Shown in pieces: positions 54,576 through 64,000 of a DNA stretch of 64,000 nucleotides. Origin of the DNA: Eledone cirrhosa (taxonomy: Eukaryota). The stretch is taken from NCBI GenBank assembly GCA_964016885.1, contig OZ024761.1:7502001-7566000 (forward strand), written 5' to 3'. The first letter of the stretch is position 1, and each line of letters starts with the position of its first letter. A program made the translations under genes and the position numbers. Under the pieces are notes generated by a model. It was not told the origin of the DNA. It saw only the letters and a program-made list of their open reading frames with translations, and did not search any database.

Positions 54576-55840
54576 TTATCGCTCTCTTCTTTCATAAGGC
54601 CGGTCGCTGCGTTTTCGTTCTCGGTCATAGTCTGGCTTCCTGTAGGTGCTGCGTTCTCGAGAATCATCACTTGGCCGATACGACCGTTCACGGCGATAGT
54701 CCTCCCCACTGCCACGGTCAGTGGTTGCGGCATCCGAGTAACTCCGACCTCTCTCTGTGCCAGCACGGTTCCTCTCTGAGTAGTTTCTGTCCCTTTGTGT
54801 GTAAACGCGTTCCCTTTCAGAATAGGGAGCGCTCCTCTGTCTGTAGTTGGCCGGTTCCCTTTGCACATAGCCTGTGTCCCTTGGCTGGTACCTTCCATCT
54901 CGCTGGGGGTAGCCCTCCTCTCGTTTCCCATGCCTGTTGTCTCTCACATAACCGTCATCTCTCTGAGCATAACCAGAGCCTCTTGGTTGGTAGTTGTTGT
55001 CACGCTGGGGAAACCCAGCCTCTCCGCCTCTGTGGGCATAACCAGGATCCCTTGGAGGAAAGATAGGATCTCGGAGCAGACCAGTGCCTCCCTCACGTGG
55101 AGGGTACCCACCCTCTCGTTGTACATAAACACCTCCGCCACGAGACGGATATGTTCCTCTACCGTAGCCGGACTCACGCCGTGGGTAGGCATCTTCTCGG
55201 CCGCGATAGCTATTGCCACGCACCACCGAGTACCTAGAGACGCCTCGGTCAGATGGCTCTCTCACGTCATCTCTGTACACATTTGGTTGATCGTAATCTC
55301 GGAACTCTTGCCTCTCCTTGTGCGGTGAACGTACTACGTAGGGAACATGTCGTACTCCACCGTCAAACCTGTGTCCCCGGGAATTAGCAAACCTCTCATT
55401 GCTGTTGTGGTTTCTACCGTAGTCTCTCCGGCCATCAAACCTGTTGTCCTGTCCTGGTCGGATACGGTTTGCAGTATCTCCATAGGCGGAAGTCGAAGAT
55501 GAGGCAGCGAACCGGGCTTTGGCATCATATTTCTCACTAAAATCATTGTATTTTCTCTTGGGGCAAAACGCGTCTGTATTCATATTGTTGTTGCTGTTGT
55601 TGCTAGTCCTGCGAGAGGTCACAGAAGGGTGCTGGGAGTACTTGTTCAAAGTGTGATTTGGAGATTCAGTTTGACCTCGGTTAGATGATTCAACATCAGA
55701 CAAGTAAGCACAGGAACTACCACCAACTTGAGAGTCGCTACTCGATTCCGATGACGACTCGTCAGAATCTTCTCTTTTTGTGTCGGATTTCTTTTTCTTG
55801 CGCTTTTTCGATTTCTTCCGAAGTTTCCGTTCGAGTTTGT
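54576..55840 (-). CDS. RBMX2: RBMX2 last coding exon: K-rich segment, then a long R/G/Y/D/E low-complexity tail
   Basis: The ctctctatttacag acceptor is phase 1 and joins the previous exon in frame (D-KLERKLRKKSKKRKKKKSD...). The frame stays open for 1265 nt to TAA at 54578-54576 and includes the listed 375-aa ORF. Confidence 0.85.
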
Positions 55841-55884
55841 CTGTAAATAGAGAGAAATGGAATTAAACATGGGATATATTAAAT

Positions 55885-57973
55885 AGCTACGAAGGCTACT
55901 GAAGAAACTTGTGGCTGGAGCAGAGCTCCGACCAGACAGAAGGTGACCTGGTGGTGGAACAGCACAGTAGATAGAGCCATTAAAGACAAAAGACTAGCAT
56001 GGAACGCTTGGAAACATGGTGGGAGTACAGAACGATACACAGCCGGTAAAAGAGAAGCTAGACGTGAGGTGTACTTAGCATTCAGGGAAGCTGAGAGTAG
56101 GAGATTTGTCAATATTCTGCGACGAGAAGATCAGAGACGTGAGGTGTTCCGCATTGCAAGGCAGTGTGTCAGTGTAAATCAGGATGTTGTTGGAGATGTG
56201 TGTCCAAAATGATGCTGGTGTACTTAGTGTCACTGATGCTGAGAAAAAGGAAGCCTGGAAATGTCATTAGGAGAGACTGAGGAATGTCGAAAATGAATGG
56301 GAGAGAGAGAAACTGCCCCCAGTAGACCTGACAGAGGGACCAGCTATTGAGATTGACAATTAGAGGGTCCAAGAGGTAATTAAGGAAATGAAAAGTGGTA
56401 AGGCCGCTGGACCGTCGGGGATAGTTGCTGAGATGCTGAAGGCATCAGGGGACATAGGCACTAAACTGGTTGCACGCATCGTCAACCAAGCTATATATGG
56501 CGGAGTCATACCCAAAGCAGTATCCTTATAAATTGCTACAAACGTAAAGGGGATGCTCTGGAGAGGAGCAATTATAGGGGCATAAAACTGATGGATCAGG
56601 TTAAGTGGCCGAAAGAATACTAGCGCAACTAATTAGAGAAAGGGTCAAATTAGATAAGATGCAGTTTGGTTTTGTGCCTGGAAAAAGTACAACAGATGCC
56701 CTCTTCTTAGTGAGACAACTACAAGAGAGGTTCTTAGAGAACAATAAGCCACTATATTAGCTTTTGTTGACCTAGAGAAGGCCTTTGTTAGGGTACTCCG
56801 ATCTGTCATCTGGTGGTCCCTAAGGAAACTAGGTGTTGAGGAATGGCTTGTGAGGACAATGAGGGGCGCTGTCAGTAAAGTGAGAGAAGGAATGGAATTT
56901 AGTGAGGAATTCCAGATACAAGTACATCAGGGTTCGGTCCTCAGCCCGCTCTTGTTCATTATAGTCCTCAAAGTCATAACAGAGGAGTTGAAGACTGGCT
57001 GCCCATGGGAACTTCTCTATGCTGACGATCTGGTACTTATAGCAGAATCAATAGAGGAGTTAGAGAAAAAATTCTGGCTATGGAAACAGCAGTTGGAATC
57101 AAGAGGACTGAGAGTGAACCTAGCTAAGACAAAAGTGTTGATGAGTAGAAAAGAGGACGAAATTCTGATTCCATCAGGGAAATGGCCATGTTCGATATGC
57201 AGAAAAGGAACTGGCATAAATTCTATAGAATGTACACAATACAGATCCTGGGTACACAAGAGATGTAGTGGGATAGCAGGCAAGCTAACAGGTAGGGAAA
57301 ACTACTTATGCAGTAGATGTACAGGGAAAGTTGGCAGTAATAATCGCAGTGATAGACACATTTTTCAAATGCAGGTAGGTGCTATAGAGGTGGTTGATAG
57401 CTTCTGGTACCTAGGTGATCAGATTAGCAAGGGAGGAGGATGTTCTGAGGCCATAGTATCTAGAATAAGAACGGGTTGACAAAGAAGGGTTTCTTCCTAC
57501 AAACAAAAGGCCGGTTATATGATGCCTGTGTGAGATGCGCAATGCTGCATGGTAGTGAGACATGGGCTATAACTGTGGAGGATATGCAACGGCTGGAGAG
57601 AAATGAAGCAAGCATGCTCCGGTGGATGTGCAATGTCAATGTGCGTGAATGACCAAGCATAGATGAGTTGAGAAAGAAACTGGGTATAAGAGGGATAGGC
57701 TGTATTGTGCGGGAGAGAAGACTGCGTTGGTATAGACATGTGATGCATGGAGGATGACCGCTGGGTAAAGAAGTGCCAAGAAATCCCAGTAGAAAGAAAA
57801 TGCAGTCGAGGAAGACCACGAAAAGCATGGGCGAAGGTGGTGAGAGCAGACCTCAGATCACTGAAGCTCACGGAGATGACAAAGGACCACGACAAATGGA
57901 GAGATACCTTGCTTAATAGGATCTGTCCCACCTTTGCAAGCAGGGAAAAGCGGACGTAAAATGATGATGATGA
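55885..57973 (+). mobile_element. 5'-truncated RTE LINE, antisense in the last RBMX2 intron
   Basis: TWWWN..GKAAGPSGI..HQGSVLSP..YADD..WPCSICRKG..GRPRKAW, then a short tail GGAAAAGCGGACGTAAAA(TGA)n. Confidence 0.93.
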
Positions 57974-58127
57974 TTAGTGATGCTAGAGCTGTGAAATCTT
58001 GCATGCATTAATTTCAACTCCTCTTATTAATAGCTGCATTGTTTTTTTCCAGGGACTATGTTGAAAAATAAAACTCATTTGGTCATTCCATGAGAGTATC
58101 TTGGTCAGCCTATGTACTTTGTATATA

Positions 58128-58211
58128 TACAGGCTATCCCGAAAAGATGTATACATACTTCAACAGCATTGTAATCAAAGTGTGTATACATTTTTGGGGG
58201 TGACACACTGT
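58128..58211. mobile_element. Small palindromic Tc1/mariner-like MITE
   Basis: CAGG..CCCGAAAAGATGTATACATACTT / AAGTGTGTATACATTTTTGGGG..CACTG. Confidence 0.45.
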
Positions 58212-58626
58212 GTGTGTGTGTGTATAAGATAGGCTGAAAGGTTCATAGGCTGACTAAAAAGGAGTGATGCTAGAGCTGTGAAATCTTGCATGCATTAATT
58301 TCAACTCTTCTTATCAGTAACTGCATTGTTTTATTCTAAGGACGATATTGAAATATACACCTCATTTCGTCATTCCAGGACTAGGAATTTTCAGCCAAGG
58401 TTTGTATTACACAGATTACACAGTATTCAGATTGGCCAAATGTTGACAAGCTCTCTAGTGCTGAGACAGGATGAAATACACCCAGTACACCCTGTAAGGT
58501 AGTAATGGTGGTGTCACAATAAAATACACCCAGAACACCCTGTAAAGTGGTAATGGTGGTGTGTCACAATAAAATACACCCAGTAGGGTGGTTCGTATTA
58601 AGCAGGGCACCCACTTAAATACGGAA

Positions 58627-59720
58627 TCATCATCATCACCGTTTTACATCCATTTTCCACATTAGCATGGGTTAGACGAGTTGTCCTGTTGTGGGCAATG
58701 CCAGGTCAGGTGACGTCTTGCTCATACAGAGCTGATTTTGGCTTGGTTTCTACAGCTGGATGCTCTTCCTAACACCAACCTCATTTACAGTGTGGGCTGG
58801 GTGCTTTTTGTCATGATGCCTAGGCGGCCACTTTACAGTGTGCGCTGGATGCTTTTTGTCATGATGCCTACATGGAATGTATGAGCAAAAAGTAGTCTCT
58901 TTAACCTGTCTAGTCTTGGGTTGTGAAAACCCATCAAACCCATGCCAGGATGGAAAGCAGATGTAAAACGATGTCATCTCCTTTGAGATGTTTAATTGTG
59001 CAAGGTCAGCTTTTATCACTGTATCCCAAGCTTTCCTAAATCTCCTTCTTCTTCTATAGCTTCCATCAACTCTGAGTGCCCTGCACCTTTTTATCAGCTG
59101 TCATCCTTCATACACATCACATGTCCATAGCACCACAGTCTCCTCTCCTGCACACTGCATCTAATCCCTTTTATGCCCAGTTTCTCTCAGTTCATCCATA
59201 CACATCACATGTCCATACCACCACAGTCTCCTCTCCTGCACACTGCATCTGATCCCTTTTATGCCCAGTTTCTCTCAGTTCATTCATACACATCACATGT
59301 CCATACCACCACAGTCTCCTCTCCTGCACACTGCATCTGATCCCTTTTATGCCCAGTTTCTCTCAGTTCATCCATACACATCACATGTCCGTACCACTAC
59401 AATCTCCTCTCCTGCACACTGCATCTGATCCCTTTTATGCCTAGTTTTTCTCTCAGTTCATTCATATTTCCCCATGCATACACACTACTATTACACATCC
59501 ATCAGAGCATGCCAGTTTCATTTCTTTTCAATCTTCGTAGGTCCTCTGCACACAGCGCCAGGTCTTACTATCATGCAGCATTACAGTTCATACGCAAGCA
59601 TCATACAATCTGCCTTTCATTTTGAGGGAAAACCTTTCGTAGCTAGCATTGGTAGTAACCCCCTGAACATTTTCCATCCCATTCTCACTGTACTTACTGT
59701 ACTTTCAGAACACCCACAAT
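58627..59720 (-). mobile_element. RTE 3' region with an internal 88-bp tandem repeat (4 copies, 59109-59462)
   Basis: RTE C-terminal coding remnant plus UTR and tail. Confidence 0.8.
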
Positions 59721-59790
59721 AATCATTGTTAATGCTAACCTTGCTGTGTGTGTATGTATGTGAAAATGTGCATCTATGTATGTAGTTTAA

Positions 59791-60761
59791 CCCTTTACCA
59801 TTTACATTACTCTATATATACTATTGTATTTTCACAGTAAAGGCTTTACCTCACATAGCATTTACATTACTCTATATATACTATTGTATTTTCACAGTAA
59901 AGGCTTTACCTCACATATCTCACATAACATTTATATTACTCTATATATACTATTGTATTTTCACAGTAAAGGCTTTACCTCACATAATATCTCACATAAC
60001 ATTTACATTACTCTATATATACTATTGTATTTTCACAGTAAAGGCTTTACTTCACATAGTATCTCACATAGCATTTACATTACTCTATATATACTATTGT
60101 ATTTTCACAGTAAAGGCTTTACCTCACATATCTCACATAACATTTATATTACTCTATATATACTATTGTATTTTCACAGTAAAGGCTTTACCTCACATAA
60201 TATCTCACATAACATTTACATTACTCTATATATACTATTGTATTTTCACAGTAAAGGCTTTACTTCACATAGTATCTCACATAGCATTTACATTACTCTA
60301 TATATACTATTGTATTTTCACAGTAAAGGCTTTACCTCACATATCTCACATAACATTTATATTACTCTATATATACTATTGTATTTTCACAGTAAAGGCT
60401 TTACCTCACATAATATCTCACATAACATTTACATTACTCTATATATACTATTGTATTTTCACAGTAAAGGCTTTACCTCACATAACATTTACATTACTCT
60501 ATATATACTATTGTATTTTCACAATAAAGGCTTTACCTCACATAATATCTCACATACCATTTACATTACTCTATATATACTATTATATTTTCACAGTAAA
60601 GGCTTTACCTCACATAATTATTTCACATAATATTGAATCTATGAAATTTTGATATTATTTATTTTGAGAACAACACCTTAAGTGAGTATGAGCGGTCGGT
60701 TATGGCCAGTTAGAACAGAGAGAGGTGAGAGAAGTTATGGCTGGTTTAAATGCTAAGGGGG
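59791..60761. mobile_element. piggyBac-like MITE with internal tandem amplification (about 12 units of 60-71 bp)
   Basis: TTAA|CCCTTTACCATTTA ... TAAATGCTAAGGGG|TTAA. The unit is CATTTACATTACTCTATATATACTATTGTATTTTCACAGTAAAGGCTTTACCTCACATA.... Confidence 0.85.
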
Positions 60762-60786
60762 TTAAAGCCTTGTTACTCTGTCTTAC

Positions 60787-60976
60787 CTTTCTTTGTTCTC
60801 TTAGGTGGTGAAGGAGGAGAGTCCTTAACTTCCCCTTCTTCTGAAGATGAGGACTCTGGGGTTTTAGGAGCACAACCTTCAAGTCGTAGTTTCTTTACAA
60901 GGTTCCCTTCATCTCCTGTATCTTTTGGGGGCCGGTAATTCTCAACATGGTCTACCCGTATTGTGCGTTTTAGTAT
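60787..60976 (-). CDS. RBMX2: RBMX2/Snu17 (RES complex) penultimate coding exon, end of the RRM
   Basis: ILKRTIRVDHVENYRPPKDTGDEGNLVKKLRLEGCAPKTP matches the RBMX2 RTIRVDHVxNYRxPK...GC motif. It has a ttttcag acceptor and a G|GTAAGA donor (phase 1). Confidence 0.9.
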
Positions 60977-61062
60977 CTGAAAATGTTGAAAAAAGAATTT
61001 GGAAATAATAAAAAACATCATCATCATCACCACCACAGCCACCACCTCCAAATTACACAAAT

Positions 61063-61252
61063 TAATAATTGTTTCTACTTTTGGCACAAGGCCAAAAATT
61101 ACCCCAGTGCATTACTTGTACTTTATTTTATCGAACCCATAAAGACGAAAGGCAAAGTTAACCTCGGTGGGATTTGAACTCAGAACATAAAGAGCCATAA
61201 CTATGCTGCAAAGCAAGGTGTCTTGACGCTCTACCGATACTGCCAATCCACT
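61063..61252 (-). mobile_element. tRNA-headed SINE
   Basis: Same family as 10567-10753. Further copies lie at 46965-47158 and 53198-53385. Confidence 0.85.
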
Positions 61253-63644
61253 GTAATGTCCAGTTGCCTATTTTGGGGGTGGAGTTCTTGAAAATGAAAT
61301 TTGGTGGGGGTGAGTGGGTGGTTAGTTGCAATTTTAAAATTTTTTTATGTAAAACCTATTTTGTTGAATGTAACAAACAGACAATTTCACAGCATGAGTG
61401 TAAACTTTTCATGTGTTTTCAGACCTAGCTAAATCCAAAAGTACAAGCCACAGGGACTTCGCACATTTGTAGTAGGTATAGAACTAAATAAACTGTGAGA
61501 TTTTGGGACATGATATTGTTTCAATAACATTTTAATGGACTATTAAAAATGGACAGAAACAATTAAATTACAGTGATTAAAGGCAGTTGCAAGCTTTTCA
61601 TGCATTTTCAGACATGGCTATATCTGTAGGGGGTTCAGTTTTTATACACTGGTACAGGGTATAAACCTGAATCCTCTCTGTAAGTTTGGAGCTTTACAAT
61701 ACATTTAATAGGTACCCCTGTAGGGCTCCGTGGAAGTGTGACATGAACAGCTTGCTTGATCCATTTTCATGTCAAATACATTTTTTCTGTAGACAATTAT
61801 ATAAAATTTGAAAGTTCTGGATGAGAACTTTCTACTCATATACTTTTGATCAAAATATGACACATATCACGCCAGGTTGCGAATTCAATACAGGCATTGG
61901 CCAAGGCTTAAAACTTAAGCAAAGTGTTACTAACAGTCTTCTTACAAAGTGTTAGTGATATCTATCAATAAAATTATATTTAATTATTAATGAACCTTTC
62001 TCAGAATTGCATGTAGACCTAGATAAAAAAACAATGTGAAAACCAATTCCTGTGACCAAACTCGTTAGTAGGAGAGAAAGAGAAAATAAAAACGAATCGT
62101 CTCTACTTGTGAAAATGTAAACACTACCACAAATTATCCAACTGTATAATACAGTATGCACCCCCCCCCCCCCTTCCATACATATCTCATGAGGACAGGC
62201 TGAAACACTGCAAAGTGGTCATGATTGTGATACAGTAAAAAGCACCCAGCTCACACTGTAAAATGTATGTAGGCGTGTGTATATATATATATATATGTAT
62301 CCACACTGTAAATGTTGTTGGCATTCCAGCTGTAAAAACCAAGCCAAAATCAGTTCTGTATGAGCAAGACAAGATCATCTGACCTAACATTGCCCACAAC
62401 AGGACAACTCGTCTAACCCATGCCAGCGTGGAGAAATGGACGTAAAATGATGTATTCAAAATAAAAAAACATATCGTATCGGACTTTAATAGTCTACAAA
62501 TTAATATTCATTCCACAATATAATTTTCATTGATGAAATTTAACAAATATTTCTCCAAGAAAATCGAAAATTCTGACATCGCTCTCCACATGTTAAAACA
62601 GCAAGAGGGAATAAACAACATTCTCAACGATTCCCTGCAAATTTGGGGCTCTAAAAGACTTATGTAGCTCAATTTAATGCATTTTTTAATAGAAATGTAT
62701 CTTTACTTCATAAATTCGCCCATTTCTTGAAATTTTGGCTCAAACTCAATATTTGAAGCCTTGGATTCGTGCTCCATTTCAGCCCTCACCATGCAGGAAT
62801 ACAACATTTTGACAAATAGTGTCAACATGTATTAGGAATATCCATAGCATTCTCCTTTTTATTGGATTTGTGCTAGTGCCATCTTGTGGCCAGAATCAGC
62901 AATGGTATAAAAATCTTGAAGAAAATGTGTTCTTTTCTAAGTGAAAATTAATAAAATTTTCGCATTCATATTTCATAAAGATTATCTGACCTACCCACAT
63001 CGATTTTTATATCAAATATACAGTCGATCAACAAGATCCCAGACCTCATTCGCTTAACAAGTGGGATAGGGCTTGTCAAATCGGACCGAGGAAACAATGT
63101 TTCCACTGGTCTTTCCAATTGCTAATACTATCTGTCAGTCGCAACTCCAGGCAGAAGGAGCAACATGAAATAAAGTGTCTTGCTCAAGGACATAACGCAT
63201 TACCCGGTCTGGGAATTGAAATCACCCCACGATTGCGAATCCAATTCTCTAACCACTCAATCACGTGTCTTCACAATAAAAAAAAAATTAAAAAAAAAAG
63301 ACTTCTTCATGACTGTATCATTGACAACACAAATCAAGTTATACTGTTCCAGTGTATTGAACAAGAACTAGCGTTACAGTTCAGCAATCAAAAATGAAAA
63401 CGGGACAAAAGTTGTAAATGAGTGGAAATATGAAGGTGATTGAGGGGATCTGGCATGATATGCAAGTGTCAGATTTTGATCAAAAGTATATGAGAAGAAA
63501 GTTCACATCCAGAACTTTCAAATGATATATAATTGTCTATGAAAAAAAATGTATTTTGACATAAAAATGATGAAGCAAAAATGGATTTTTGTGTGGTCAA
63601 ACTGTGCTTGTCACACTTGGAGCTCTACAGTGATTTCTGTTGTG

Positions 63645-63865
63645 ACACCAACACTACCACCTTACAGGGTAGACTGGACCCTTTTGATCATGGCACCAGC
63701 ATTACCACCTTACAGGGTAGACTGGACCCTTTTGATCATGGCACCAGCATTACCACCTTACAGAGTAGACTGGACCCTTTTGATCATGGCACCAGCATTA
63801 CCACCTTACAGAGTGCTTTCAGTTGTAAGACTAAGTACAACCACTTTACAGGGTAGACTGGGTTG
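63645..63865. repeat. 48-bp minisatellite, about 4 copies
   Basis: Unit TGATCATGGCACCAGCATTACCACCTTACAGGGTAGACTGGACCCTTT. Confidence 0.9.
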
Positions 63866-64000
63866 CAAAAAAAAAAAAAAAGAAAAAAATAATTACCTTT
63901 ATACCATTAAGGTTGTCTACAGCCAGAACTGTACTTTTCTGATCTTCGTAGCAGATAAAACCAAAACCCTGTGACTGACCAGTCTTTTTGTCCCGAACCA

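Noticed and set aside
54503-55546. Overlapping alternative-frame and antisense ORFs
   Set aside because: They are shadows of the GC-richer RBMX2 exon with no recognisable domain.

Overview
This is AT-rich animal genomic DNA. The repeat inventory points to a coleoid cephalopod, probably Octopus (inference). Two host genes are supported, both on the minus strand: coding exons 1-2 of unkempt (unk; 41713-41658 and 41542-41333) and the last two coding exons of RBMX2/Snu17 (60976-60787 and 55840-54576). This RBMX2 has an unusually long R/G/Y/D/E-rich tail. No unk exon 3 was found, so 1-41332 is probably one very large intron. The rest is RTE, CR1 and L1/Tx1 LINE remnants, two tRNA-headed SINE families, TTAA/CCC MITEs, non-autonomous Helitrons, minisatellites, about 17 kb of (TA)-based microsatellite and a 200-N gap. 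The microsatellite produces all the long I/Y/H/T/C/M ORFs, which are artefacts. The main hidden signal is a set of 7-8 sequence-unrelated minimal type I hammerhead-ribozyme motifs of the Penelope-like-element (PLE) kind. Several lie inside inverted repeats, one closes a Naiad-type GIY-YIG element, and the best-preserved ones are all antisense to the unk pre-mRNA. A second theme is modular exchange of 3' ends between RTE LINEs and a CORE SINE. All calls were made by eye without databases.
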